Positions 27,847 through 37,841 are shown, numbered from the stretch's first letter. The stretch is 64,000 nt of DNA from Poseidonia sp. (GCA_965661285.1 CBFIDD010000003.1:192001-256000); one strand, 5' to 3'. The notes: generated from the sequence alone by a model not told the origin. Translations and numbers: made by a program.

Positions 27847-28503
27847 ATGGGGCCATCACCCTGCCTTATTTTCACGGCTGGGGCGTGGTGCGACGAGAAA
27901 GTGATTAAGTACCAACTTGCATCTAAATCGTTGGTCCTCGCCTGTGACGAAGCCTTGGCCATGTGCCTCGATAGGGGCGTTGTTCCCAACGCTGTCATCG
28001 GCGATATGGACAGTGTCAGCACCGAGATGTTGGAGCGATTTGCCGAACTGGGGGGTGAGGTGGTTTACCGGCCAAACCAAGACAGCAACGATCTGGCCAA
28101 GGCCCTTGAATTTGCGACCCACTCGGGATGTTCTTCCTGCACGGTGGTTGGCGCCACGGGGGGTGACCGTGAACAAGAATGGGCCAATCTCCTGACGTGT
28201 GCGGCCTCAACCATGGACATCACATGCCTTGGAAGAAGGCACCAATATCGGTTCTTATGCCCCGGAAGAACTTACTCTATAGAAATAATGCCGGGCCAAA
28301 ATTTCTCGCTTTTCTCCCTCCCTGTTGCCGATGGCATCACCCTAAAGGGAGGGCAATTCGGACTTCAAAATGCCAGATTGACCATGGGCTCTGAGGGGTT
28401 GCACAACGTGGCAGTTTCCTCAGAACTGAGCCTCACCTATCAGGAAGGAAGGCTCATCCTTCTGATGGTTCATCCTTCGTCGAAGGAGGAAGGAACGACC
28501 TGA
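27847..28503 (+). CDS. thiN: Thiamine pyrophosphokinase
   Basis: VIGDMDS, QDSNDLAKAL, GATGGD, C-terminal GLHN. Confidence 0.88.
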   Translation: MGPSPCLIFTAGAWCDEKVIKYQLASKSLVLACDEALAMCLDRGVVPNAVIGDMDSVSTEMLERFAELGGEVVYRPNQDSNDLAKALEFATHSGCSSCTVVGATGGDREQEWANLLTCAASTMDITCLGRRHQYRFLCPGRTYSIEIMPGQNFSLFSLPVADGITLKGGQFGLQNARLTMGSEGLHNVAVSSELSLTYQEGRLILLMVHPSSKEEGTT

Positions 28504-29338
28504 GCATGGCCGAATAATCCTCCTTGCCGTCCCATGCTTGAGCCCGCTCGTCAATTCGGGCTTTCTCGAGGGTCGCTTCCAAGCCCCCCCAATCCTCGAT
28601 GAGGTTGAGCTTGAAGGCAGCCTTTGGCGTATACCCAGGAAGAAAATTTCGCCAAAGGAAGGGAATTCGGCCGGGTGTGACCTTGTTGACCATTTGGACG
28701 ATGGAGGTGTTGCAGGTGGTGAGCAAGGAATGATACCATTCCGGATTGACGGCGAGGTCGTTGAGTTTGTTCACCATACCAAGCAGGAGTTCCTTGTCCT
28801 TGCCCGGCGGTGTGACGGCGCGAAACATGTAGTCCTTGTTTTTGCGACCGTGCGTTCGCAACCCTGTCACGTCCCGTTCAAACCCGACCAAGAGGTAGAG
28901 TTCATACGCACGCCACATTCCATCCCACGGATGATAACGTTCATGTTTCTCACGCCGGGTTTCAAATGAAAAAGAGAGACAGGTGCCACAACCGAATTCA
29001 AAGGTGAGATAGGTGTGTGCGAGACCTTTCAACGAGTGGAAATGGTCGACGATGAACCAAATATGCTTGAGGTCGTCAGCATCAACTTCAACCTCTTCAG
29101 CCCAATCTTCGTCCCTGTCCCGGGTGGTCCTCCACGTGAAATCTCGAACCATGTGGAAGGTGATCTTGGAACCGTCAATCGTCGCCGTTGTGAGATGCTC
29201 ACAATCAGCAGCCCATTCAAGGTCAAGAGAGGGTTGCAACGGCCGAATTCGGGTGTACCACACGTAAAGAAGACGCAAAGCGACCACGACCACAACGGCG
29301 CCAACGGCCATCAGCAGATAGGTGATCCAATCCATCAT
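28454..29338 (-). CDS. DUF4105 / Lnb-like N-terminally anchored protein
   Basis: VRDFTWRT, AHTYLTFEF, SFETRRE, ERDVTGLRT, PEWYHSLLTTC; ATGA overlap with the upstream gene. Confidence 0.75.
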   Translation of the reverse strand: MMDWITYLLMAVGAVVVVVALRLLYVWYTRIRPLQPSLDLEWAADCEHLTTATIDGSKITFHMVRDFTWRTTRDRDEDWAEEVEVDADDLKHIWFIVDHFHSLKGLAHTYLTFEFGCGTCLSFSFETRREKHERYHPWDGMWRAYELYLLVGFERDVTGLRTHGRKNKDYMFRAVTPPGKDKELLLGMVNKLNDLAVNPEWYHSLLTTCNTSIVQMVNKVTPGRIPFLWRNFLPGYTPKAAFKLNLIEDWGGLEATLEKARIDERAQAWDGKEDYSAMLRSFLPPSTKDEPSEG

Positions 29339-30645
29339 TCCCACCTGTGCCAGACGCTCCATTCGGCGTCCCACCAGTCGACCTCACCGCTTGGATGCTG
29401 ACGCCAAAGCACCCCTTGGTCGTCAAGTGTGGTCGGCAAACCTTGCGTATCGGGTGAGCCATCCGCAAGCACCTGAGGCGTCGGGCCGATGGCAGGAAGT
29501 TCAAGCGCCTCGGGTTCTTTGTTTCGAACCAGAGCGACGAAAACGATGATGGAGACCAGAAGTGCCAAAACGCCAATAGATAGCCAGCCTACAGATTCAG
29601 TAGGCGTGTCCATGCCCAGCGAGGAGGAAGGAAGGCTGGCAGATTCGTTCACCGAGAGGTCTGATGCTGGAAGCCGGATGAGATTCACACCTTCCGTTGA
29701 GGATATCATCTTCTCTGTGATCACCTCGAGCGTAATAAGATGAGCCCCGGCAGGCAAGAATGAGCAATCGAAGTTGCTGCCGTTGGCACCTTCGACGGGT
29801 TGTCCTTTGAGCGACCAGATGGTTGTCAAGCCAACCTCCGAACGTCCGTCATGAAGCATCATTTGAACCGCGCACGGCGTGTCCGTAGCGTTTTGATGAC
29901 CTGACACCGACAGCGAAAAGTCCGGTGCTGGCCTGTTGTTGATGGTGAAATTTAACGTGCTCTCCGCCGTTTGGCCAAGCCCGTTTCGGTATGTTTCTTT
30001 GAGTTCATAATCCCCTGCAGGCCATGAGGAACAATCCAAAATACCGTGCGAGTCCAGAACACTGAACGGTGCTCCGGTGAAAGTTCGAACACCGGTTTCC
30101 CCGTACCTTGGACCCGTTTCATCTGCGAATTCGCGGACAATTTCGCATGTTTCTCCCGTTTGGAGGCCAGCGCCAGCATTGAGTTCCAGCGACAAGCGGG
30201 GCACCTTGAGGGCAGGTGTCAGGACGAAAGTTGGGAGCGGATAAGAGGCGATGAAATCACCGTTCTCGTCGAGGAAATCCAAGCGAAGGACATGCTCACC
30301 TTGTGACCAAGCATCGTAGACCAGCGTGATGTTTGTTTGCCCTTCAAACGAGATTTCCTGAGACTCGAGCACTTCTCGTTCTTTGTGCAGACCGCGTAGT
30401 TTGACGATCATATCGTTCGAGGTCGCTGTCGAGTTGAGAACGACCACCACGCGCACGGCATCGATATCCCCGTCTTGGTTGGTGTCGATGGTGTCGTTTC
30501 GAAGAGCGAGGAGTGTGAGGCCTTGTTCGGATAACTGCTCATCCGTACTCATTTCCGCACCTGCTGGCAACGGCAACAGAAGGCAAATCATGAGCAGACC
30601 GATGAGAACGGCAGGACGGCGATTCGAAGCATCACGCACGCTCAT
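29335..30645 (-). CDS. Secreted single-pass membrane protein with Ig/PKD-like domains and a Trp-rich cytoplasmic tail
   Basis: Signal peptide, beta-rich body, TM WLSIGVLALLVSIIVFVAL, tail WRQHPSGEVDWWDAEWSVWHRWE. Confidence 0.75.
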   Translation of the reverse strand: MSVRDASNRRPAVLIGLLMICLLLPLPAGAEMSTDEQLSEQGLTLLALRNDTIDTNQDGDIDAVRVVVVLNSTATSNDMIVKLRGLHKEREVLESQEISFEGQTNITLVYDAWSQGEHVLRLDFLDENGDFIASYPLPTFVLTPALKVPRLSLELNAGAGLQTGETCEIVREFADETGPRYGETGVRTFTGAPFSVLDSHGILDCSSWPAGDYELKETYRNGLGQTAESTLNFTINNRPAPDFSLSVSGHQNATDTPCAVQMMLHDGRSEVGLTTIWSLKGQPVEGANGSNFDCSFLPAGAHLITLEVITEKMISSTEGVNLIRLPASDLSVNESASLPSSSLGMDTPTESVGWLSIGVLALLVSIIVFVALVRNKEPEALELPAIGPTPQVLADGSPDTQGLPTTLDDQGVLWRQHPSGEVDWWDAEWSVWHRWE

Positions 30646-33148
30646 CACCCCCGTTGGCTTGTGGCAGCGCCGGCAATTGGTCAAGCGGGATGAGTTCGGG
30701 AACGGGTTGCCGGATGCCGGGTGTGTTCATGAGTTCGGTCTCCTTTTCCTCCATCAAGCGGTCGATCAACTCGCTGCGACGGCGAGCGCCTTTGACAACA
30801 AATGCCGCAAGTGCGCCGAGGAGGAAACCTGCGCTGATGACCGCATAGGTCAGCCACGAGGCAGCAGGGTCTTCGCCCATGATGGCGACAGCAGCGGCAA
30901 AGCCGCCATACGCGTCCGACCACCCGTCACCGTTGCCATCGGGACACCCTTGGACGTCGCGTTCGGAGGTGCCCGGTTCGGTGGGGCAATCATCACGGAA
31001 AGCTCCCAGAGGAAGGTCACCAAACCCGTCCTCGTCGGTGTCCATCCACTGAAGGGATTCGGTGGGGAAGGCGTCGCCCAGGCCGAAGGGATGTGCAGGC
31101 CAAGCGTCGGTGGGGTCGGACCAACCGTCCCCGTCCGTGTCCCGACAACCCAAGCGGTCGAGGAGCGAAGTCCCACGCATTTCGGGGCAGGCATCCCCTT
31201 GGTGACCATCCAAGCGGTCACCAAAACCATCTCCGTCGGAATCTCGCCATTGTGTCGGCTCGTGAATAAACGCATCACCGAGGTCTGACCATCCATCACC
31301 GTCGGTGTCCTTGCATCCCCACCGGTCACCGCCAGCGGATGGCCCGACCGAAGTACCGGCTACGGTGGGGCAGACATCAGCGGTGGTTCCTCGGGGGTTA
31401 TCGCCCCGTCCATCACCGTCTGAATCGTGCCACTGCGTCGGGTCCTCTGGCCATGCATCACCCGAACCGCCCGGACTGGCAAGCCAGTAGGAGGTGGGGT
31501 CCGACCAACCGTCTCCGTCGCCATCGGGGCAGCCCCAGCGATCGAAGGTGGATTCACCTTGTGTGGTTCGGCACCCATCGGGACGATAGGATGCACGCCA
31601 GGTCTGTCCGTCGAAGTATTCCTCGTTATCCCCGTAGCCATCATCATCGGTGTCGTGCCACTGTGAGGGATCGTCTGGGAAGGCATCGGCGAAGCCGTTT
31701 GGATGGGCAATCCAAAGATCGGTCGGGTCGGAGTAGCCGTCCTTGTCCACGTCTCGGCAACCGAGCCGGTCAAAGCGACTGATCCAGCCAGAGTCAACTT
31801 CCTCGGGAGTGGAATCGACACAGACATCGCCCTCAAAACCGGTTACGTTGTCGCCGTAGCCATCGCCATCGGTATCTCTGAACTGCGAAGGAACGAAGGG
31901 GAAGTCATCGATTTGCGTTGCGCCGTAGGTTTGGTTATCGCCCCATCCATCGCCGTCGGTATCTCGCCATTGGGTCGGGTTGAACGGGAAATCATCAATG
32001 CGCTGGGCGCCGAGGGTTTGGTTGTCGCCCCAGCCGTCCCGGTCGGTGTCAAGCCACTGGGTTGGTTCAAGCGGGAACGCATCGGAGCCGTTGTCAACGG
32101 TCCAATTTTCGTCGCCGTCCGAGAACGTGTCCGAATCGGTGTCGACGCAGCCGTAGCGGTCTGCGGTGGAGAAGCCTCTGATGAAGGGACAAGCATCGGG
32201 TTGGATCGCATTGTCAACAAATTGCCCGATGCCCCAAAGCGACCGGGTGGTGTTGAGGGCGGGGTCATCCCAATTATCCCCAAAACCGTCCTCGTCGGTG
32301 TCGTTCCACTGCGAGGCATCAAAAGCAAAGGCGTCCGCTTTTCCGGTTGGGTGAGCAAACCATGGCTCGTAACCGTTGAGACCCCCCGGGTCGGGGTCTG
32401 AATAGGAATCGCCATCAGAATCCACGCAACCAAAGCGGTCGGATGATGAATAGCCTCGACTGAATTGGCAGTGATCGCCTTGGTACCCCTCGAGGTTATC
32501 ACCGTAGCCGTCGTTGTCGGAATCAAGCCATTGTGAGGATTCGCTTGCAAAGGCATCAGCGCCGTTTTGGACACCCCAGCCACTGTCTGGGTCCGACCAA
32601 CCGTCTCCGTCGGTATCCGTGCAACCACTGCGGTCATTGGTCGAGGTCCCAACAAGGTCGCTGCAATCGTCGTCCGTATCGATAAACCCGTCCTCGTCGG
32701 AGTCTCGATTTGTTTTGTCGATGGAAGGCGTTAGGGTGTAGTCGAATCCGTCGTGGCACCATGAATCCTTGCCCTCGACCTTGATCAGTATCTCCCCTGC
32801 TGTGGAAAGGGTCGCCGATAAGGTGGCAGAAGGTGAGCCGTCGTCGACGTTTTGCGAAACACTCCCCATGGTAAAGGTCCCTTCCCAACCGTCGCCGGGA
32901 CACCACCATGCTGCGTTACTCATGCTGCCCGAGAAGGTCACTTGGACGATGTCGCCCATTTTCCCTTGGATTTTCCAGTAATCTCGCTTATCGGTTGGCG
33001 AACACCCGTCTGGGTCGCAAACATAGCCGCTGGAGGACACCCCGTCGGTCAGCCCGTTGGCACTTGCAGGGGAATCGTCAGCGCTTACGACGGGGAGATG
33101 AAGCAGCACGAGGCCGAGGAAGAGCGCAACAACCACGCGACCGGCCAT
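30632..33148 (-). CDS. Surface protein with tandem TSP3-like (DxDGDGWxD) Ca-binding repeats
   Basis: Signal peptide; many DAFPxxPxQWxDxDGDGxGDN and DRxGCxDxDGDGWSD repeats; C-terminal TM. Confidence 0.85.
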   Translation of the reverse strand: MAGRVVVALFLGLVLLHLPVVSADDSPASANGLTDGVSSSGYVCDPDGCSPTDKRDYWKIQGKMGDIVQVTFSGSMSNAAWWCPGDGWEGTFTMGSVSQNVDDGSPSATLSATLSTAGEILIKVEGKDSWCHDGFDYTLTPSIDKTNRDSDEDGFIDTDDDCSDLVGTSTNDRSGCTDTDGDGWSDPDSGWGVQNGADAFASESSQWLDSDNDGYGDNLEGYQGDHCQFSRGYSSSDRFGCVDSDGDSYSDPDPGGLNGYEPWFAHPTGKADAFAFDASQWNDTDEDGFGDNWDDPALNTTRSLWGIGQFVDNAIQPDACPFIRGFSTADRYGCVDTDSDTFSDGDENWTVDNGSDAFPLEPTQWLDTDRDGWGDNQTLGAQRIDDFPFNPTQWRDTDGDGWGDNQTYGATQIDDFPFVPSQFRDTDGDGYGDNVTGFEGDVCVDSTPEEVDSGWISRFDRLGCRDVDKDGYSDPTDLWIAHPNGFADAFPDDPSQWHDTDDDGYGDNEEYFDGQTWRASYRPDGCRTTQGESTFDRWGCPDGDGDGWSDPTSYWLASPGGSGDAWPEDPTQWHDSDGDGRGDNPRGTTADVCPTVAGTSVGPSAGGDRWGCKDTDGDGWSDLGDAFIHEPTQWRDSDGDGFGDRLDGHQGDACPEMRGTSLLDRLGCRDTDGDGWSDPTDAWPAHPFGLGDAFPTESLQWMDTDEDGFGDLPLGAFRDDCPTEPGTSERDVQGCPDGNGDGWSDAYGGFAAAVAIMGEDPAASWLTYAVISAGFLLGALAAFVVKGARRRSELIDRLMEEKETELMNTPGIRQPVPELIPLDQLPALPQANGGDERA

Positions 33149-33202
33149 AGCCACCGATGGGCATGTGGATTATCAAGAGAACGCCAGCATCTTCAGTGGA
33201 AT

Positions 33203-34600
33203 TCAGGACAGACGCTGCTTTCCGAGGCATTCACGGAGGCAATGCTCGAGTTCACGATGTTGGAAGACATAGCCACTTTCCAACAGCCGATTCGGGAGCA
33301 CCCGTTGGCCATCCAAAAGGAGGGTTTGCGCCAATTCACCAAACATGATTTTGAGGACGAAACCCGGGGCAGGGGCAAACCAAGGGCGCAGCAACACCTT
33401 TCCGAGCACCTTCGCAAACTGCTTTTGGGGAACAGGCGTCGGTGCGGTGAGGTTGTAAGGTCCTTCGCACGAGGGGTTCATCATGAGATGGTAAGTGGCG
33501 TAAATGTGGTCGTGGAGCGAAATCCACGACAGGTACTGCCGTCCGCCGCCAAGCGGCCCACCAGCGCCCAAAAGGGTTGGAAGAATCATTGGTTTCAGTG
33601 CCCCGCCCATGGGGGTGGTGACGATGCCGCTGCGCAGCCAAACGGTTCGAATTCCGAGGTCCTTCGCCGGGGCTCCTGAGGCTTCCCATGCTTGCGCCAT
33701 CTCACACAGGAAACCATCGCCTTCGGGGGAGGATTCGGTCAGTTCTTCCTCGCCGCGGTTGCCGTAAATCCCCACGGCTGAACCTGAAAGGAACGTCTTC
33801 GGGGGTTGCTCCAGCGTGGCAAAAAGGCGGACCAAATGCTCGGTTGGAACGGTTCGACTCGACTTGAGGAGCGCTTTTCGTTTGGCGTTCCAGCGTTTGT
33901 CGCCGATACCTGCGCCGGCAAGGTGAATCACGGTATCAAATCCTTCCAGACTGCCTTCGATGATCTCACCCGTTTGGTCGTTCCAAACAACGGTGGCTTC
34001 GTGAGCCACATCGGATGGAAGCACGCTTGAGGGGCGGAGCAAGCGAACCACCTCGTGGCCAGCGGCTTGGAGGAAGGCACAGAGTTGCATCCCGATGAGA
34101 CCTGTTGAACCGCTCACCAGCACCCGTTGTTGAGGCTGGTCGGCGTATTGCGCAATGCGCTTGAGGTCTTCTTGAACGCGAAGGGTTCGGTAGGCGAACA
34201 TCTGGTCCGTGCGACCCTTCACGGTGAACGGTGCAGTCCAAAACGTCAACGGATGAAAGGGAAGTTTCCACTGAATGGTGTCGTGAATCTCGCTCGTGTC
34301 CGGACCGGTTGAGACGAAACGATGTTCGTGGTCCCACATACCGAAGGGACCTTTTTCCATCACGTCGTTGAACACTTCACCGGGCACCACATCGTAGTGG
34401 CGAGCCACCCACATCGGGCGCAGCGGCCCCAATTGGACGCGAAATTTTGTCCTCGCATCGTTCACCAAGGCGCCGGCTTGAACGGGGCGGATGCCCTCCC
34501 ATTCCGGCATGATGCGTCGGAAGGCTCCGGGACTGTCGTACCATGCCCAAACATCCTCAACAGGTGCGTCGTAGGTTGCGGCGTGGTTGTAGACGGGCAT
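33203..34600 (-). CDS. SRPBCC domain fused to TIGR01777 (SDR39U1-like NAD-dependent epimerase)
   Basis: GPFGMWDHEHRF, MFAYR; SGSTGLIG, HLAGAGI, SAVGIYG, GGPLGGGRQYLSWI, GQRVLP. Confidence 0.9.
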   Translation of the reverse strand: MPVYNHAATYDAPVEDVWAWYDSPGAFRRIMPEWEGIRPVQAGALVNDARTKFRVQLGPLRPMWVARHYDVVPGEVFNDVMEKGPFGMWDHEHRFVSTGPDTSEIHDTIQWKLPFHPLTFWTAPFTVKGRTDQMFAYRTLRVQEDLKRIAQYADQPQQRVLVSGSTGLIGMQLCAFLQAAGHEVVRLLRPSSVLPSDVAHEATVVWNDQTGEIIEGSLEGFDTVIHLAGAGIGDKRWNAKRKALLKSSRTVPTEHLVRLFATLEQPPKTFLSGSAVGIYGNRGEEELTESSPEGDGFLCEMAQAWEASGAPAKDLGIRTVWLRSGIVTTPMGGALKPMILPTLLGAGGPLGGGRQYLSWISLHDHIYATYHLMMNPSCEGPYNLTAPTPVPQKQFAKVLGKVLLRPWFAPAPGFVLKIMFGELAQTLLLDGQRVLPNRLLESGYVFQHRELEHCLRECLGKQRLS

Positions 34601-34609
34601 GCTCAATCC

Positions 34610-36154
34610 TCATTGGTGTGCAGAGTAGTAGGAAGGGCCAGACCCAAGGGCCGTGGAAGGCTCGGTAAGGGCGTTGTATTTCTCAACATAGGCCTTGGTT
34701 TTGTATTTTCGAGCCGTTGAGGCACTGGTCATGCATCGAACCTTTCCGTAGACGGCTCGCTCGGTCCATCCACGGTCAAATTTACCCATGACCCAGCCGA
34801 CACCGGTGTACGAGTTCGGGTCTCGACCGTCCAGTGCCCATTTATCGTTCAACATGATCATCCATTCCATGGCTGTTTCAGGGTCAGGCGACCATTCGAG
34901 GATTTTCTTGCCCCACAGCATGCGGAGGTAGTTATGGATGATTCCCTCATGACGCAATTGGTTTTGGGCAGCGTTCCACAGCGGATCGTGCGTTGAAGCC
35001 GTTTCCAGCTCCTCGAGGGTGTAAAGGTAAGGGCGCTCGTCTTCGGCGTGCTCAGCAAGGGTGGTCTTCGCCCACTCGGGGAGCGATTCGTACTCGGTAT
35101 GGTTTTCAATCATGGCGCAATGAATGAAGCCAATGTCCCGCCACGTGATGATCTGGTCGAGGAAGGCTTCAACCGGTTCGGGAAGCCCCCACCATCCTTG
35201 GCGACGGCCATCGTTTGGTGGGTTGACCATGCTGACATCCCAGCGGTGGTGAGCGAAAATATCGCCCAGAATGGCGTGGACGCTGATGTGGCCAAAATGC
35301 AGCCAGGGGGAAAGACCGCTTGCACCACGTTCTTGCGGTTGGTTCCGTTTTTCATGATAGACCTGCAAACGCTTGGCGAAGAAATCTTTCCAGCGACGAC
35401 GGCCTTCGACATAACCACCTCGCTTGCCGATGACCGGATGGACATCGTGGTCGATGCTGAGCGTTGATAGGGCCTCACGGCCAACGTCGCCCCCTTCTGA
35501 GACGCGCCACAAGAATTCGTAAGGCGTCATGGGCGTTTTCGTCTGGGCGAAGATGGCTTTGGCGACAGCCATGTCAAAATCAGGGAGGGAAGAAGCCAGT
35601 TCAAGCGGGCGACGGTGCGGGAATTCGTGCATGTGCTCACGAATGGTTTTGTGCAAATGTCTGCGGAGAGAGTATGCTGTGGAAAAATCACGACCTTGTG
35701 CTCGCATGGCCATGAAACCGTTGGAATCGACGACATGGATTTCACACGGAATCACCGTCAAGGCGGTGTCAAGCACATGTTTTGGGTAGTAGGTTGGGTA
35801 GTCGTCGATGACGCACAATCGTGCATGCTCAAGCCATCCCTTGAGCAGGCCAGAGGCTTCTTTTCGTTTGGTCTCGACGTAGGGGATGTAGGTGACATTC
35901 GACCCGGCGAAGGCGCTGCGGTTGTCCACCATACCCTGCAAAACGAACGTCGAAATCCGGTCGTTGGCCCACCGATGTTGGAGCGCAAGACACTCAATAA
36001 CCACCAGCGGGAGGTTGTGTTCGGTCGCCAAATGGACGGCATGTTCGAGCGCGTGATTCCACTGAGCTCGACGGGCAGCGGTCATCCAGTAGACGACCAC
36101 ATCACCATGGTCGTTGGGGACGCCGTGAATCTGAACTCGGCTGCTCGGGATCAT
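34610..36154 (-). CDS. phrB: Class II CPD photolyase
   Basis: VVYWM, SGLSPWLHFGHIS, THDPLWNAAQ, HNYLRMLWGKKILEW, LDGRDPNSY. Confidence 0.93.
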   Translation of the reverse strand: MIPSSRVQIHGVPNDHGDVVVYWMTAARRAQWNHALEHAVHLATEHNLPLVVIECLALQHRWANDRISTFVLQGMVDNRSAFAGSNVTYIPYVETKRKEASGLLKGWLEHARLCVIDDYPTYYPKHVLDTALTVIPCEIHVVDSNGFMAMRAQGRDFSTAYSLRRHLHKTIREHMHEFPHRRPLELASSLPDFDMAVAKAIFAQTKTPMTPYEFLWRVSEGGDVGREALSTLSIDHDVHPVIGKRGGYVEGRRRWKDFFAKRLQVYHEKRNQPQERGASGLSPWLHFGHISVHAILGDIFAHHRWDVSMVNPPNDGRRQGWWGLPEPVEAFLDQIITWRDIGFIHCAMIENHTEYESLPEWAKTTLAEHAEDERPYLYTLEELETASTHDPLWNAAQNQLRHEGIIHNYLRMLWGKKILEWSPDPETAMEWMIMLNDKWALDGRDPNSYTGVGWVMGKFDRGWTERAVYGKVRCMTSASTARKYKTKAYVEKYNALTEPSTALGSGPSYYSAHQ

Positions 36155-36657
36155 TGTTCGCCACCTCGCGAGGGCAGTGGAGAAGCCATGCTGGAGCGGT
36201 AAACAGCGTAGGGGTTGTTGCGGGCGGTGAGGCCGGCGTGGTTTCGGATGACGATGCGGTGCGTCAAGCCGTCAACCGCCAGTTGTTGCATGGTTTCCGA
36301 GACCCACGACACGGACCCGAGCTCGGTTAGGGAAAACCAATTGATAGACGATATTTCGGTCGTATCAGCGTGCTGCTGCTGGCCTTCGACGTGGACATCA
36401 TAGCAGAGAAACACGGCAGGATGTTCTTTTCGAAGTGCTGTCCGTACGCCAACCAAGCCGATGATGGATCCGGTGTAGCCTGCTTCTTCGTGAAGTTCGC
36501 GAAGCGCCGCATGTTCCGGACTCTCGCCAGCATCGACATGCCCTTTGGGCAACCCCCATTTTCCCCGGTGGGGGCCGCCGGCCTCCTGAACGAGCAAGAT
36601 TTTGTTGTTTCGAACGACTCTGGCTGCCACTCCTAGGTCACAAAGAAGGGACGCCAT
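36151..36657 (-). CDS. NUDIX hydrolase
   Basis: WGLPKGHVDAGESPEHAALRELHEEAG Nudix box; 4-bp overlap with the photolyase gene. Confidence 0.9.
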   Translation of the reverse strand: MASLLCDLGVAARVVRNNKILLVQEAGGPHRGKWGLPKGHVDAGESPEHAALRELHEEAGYTGSIIGLVGVRTALRKEHPAVFLCYDVHVEGQQQHADTTEISSINWFSLTELGSVSWVSETMQQLAVDGLTHRIVIRNHAGLTARNNPYAVYRSSMASPLPSRGGEQ

Positions 36658-36716
36658 GTGTTGATTTCACGCAACCGAGTATATCAAGAACGGTTTCGTC
36701 CCTTGTAAGGAAAAGA

Positions 36717-36738
36717 CGAGTGTTTATATACAAACTCG
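36717..36738. promoter_or_regulatory. Imperfect palindrome centred on the ribA TATA box (CGAGTGTTTATATACAAACTCG)
   Basis: 18 of 22 positions match the reverse complement; contains TTTATATA about 25-30 nt before ATG 36753. Confidence 0.45.
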
Positions 36739-36752
36739 GCGGATTTTGTAAC

Positions 36753-37364
36753 ATGGAAAGAGCATTGCTTCCCTCAAACAACAACACACCAGAAGCGGAC
36801 GCTGTTCTCCCCACAGCGTTCGGTGAATTTCGAATACGCGCCTTTAGAGACCCCTCCGGAGGCGAAGAGCACTGTGTCCTCTACCTCGGAGACCTGAGCG
36901 AAGGTTCGCCACTCGTTCGCATTCACTCCGAATGCCTCACCGGCGACGCCTTCCATTCCCTCCGGTGCGATTGCGGGCCACAGCTTCAGGCATCGATGAA
37001 AGCCATCCAAGAACGTGGTCAAGGTGCTATCGCTTACATGCGCCAGGAAGGGCGAGGGATCGGGCTCTATTCCAAGATGCAGGCCTATGCGCTGCAGGAC
37101 ACCGGCTTGGACACGCTTGATGCCAACCTCGCTCTTGGATTGCCAGCCGACGCACGCACGTACGATTTCGCTGCCGAAATGCTCTACTCAATGGGCATCT
37201 CATCGGTTGAACTGGCCACCAATAACCCCGACAAGCGAGACCAACTGATGCACCACGGTATCGAGGTAACCAACCGAGTTCCCATCATCGTGGGCCAGTG
37301 CGCCCAAAACCGCCGATACATGAAGACGAAGAGCGCTCGAATGGGCCACATCCTACCCAACTGA
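36753..37364 (+). CDS. ribA: GTP cyclohydrolase II
   Basis: LVRIHSECLTGD, SLRCDCG, QEGRGIGL, DTLDAN, TNNPDK, MGH. Confidence 0.95.
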   Translation: MERALLPSNNNTPEADAVLPTAFGEFRIRAFRDPSGGEEHCVLYLGDLSEGSPLVRIHSECLTGDAFHSLRCDCGPQLQASMKAIQERGQGAIAYMRQEGRGIGLYSKMQAYALQDTGLDTLDANLALGLPADARTYDFAAEMLYSMGISSVELATNNPDKRDQLMHHGIEVTNRVPIIVGQCAQNRRYMKTKSARMGHILPN

Positions 37365-37373
37365 GGCCAGAGC

Positions 37374-37841
37374 ATGAAGGTCAACATCGTAGGACAACAA
37401 GCACCAACATTCGCCCTTGAAAACGAACACGGCGAGGTCTTTGACAGCGCCTCGCTGGACGGAACATGGCGAATTGTGTTCTTTTACTCACGCAACAACT
37501 CCCCCACCTGCAAGCGCGGTTGCTTGACGTTCAAGGAACAACACGACCTCTTTGCATCGGTAGGCTGCTCGATCGTCGGCATTGGGCCAGGAACGCGGGA
37601 GGAACTTGCTGGATTCAAAGCGTCGTTGGGCGACCTCCCGTTCCCCTTGTTGGCCGACCCCGAGCGCGTGGTCGGTCAGCAGTTCAACGTTCCACTGCAC
37701 CTCGGCCAATTCCCTGCGAAATCTTCGTTTCTCATCGGCCCTGACAACACCATCCGCTATGTCTACGATTGGTTGTTCCGCCCACGACGCCACGTCGCCC
37801 GAATTTTGGCCGACATCTCAGACGTCCGGGGGGACGATTGA
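37374..37841 (+). CDS. Peroxiredoxin BCP/PrxQ-like protein (atypical active site)
   Basis: APTFALEN, VFFY..SPTCKRGC, PFPLLADP, FLIG. Confidence 0.8.
   Translation: MKVNIVGQQAPTFALENEHGEVFDSASLDGTWRIVFFYSRNNSPTCKRGCLTFKEQHDLFASVGCSIVGIGPGTREELAGFKASLGDLPFPLLADPERVVGQQFNVPLHLGQFPAKSSFLIGPDNTIRYVYDWLFRPRRHVARILADISDVRGDD

Noticed and set aside
30900-32700. Periodic repeats (also about 22050-24150) as a possible CRISPR array or DNA repeat element
   Set aside because: They are degenerate, in-frame, protein-level TSP3-like repeats with no identical repeat-spacer structure.
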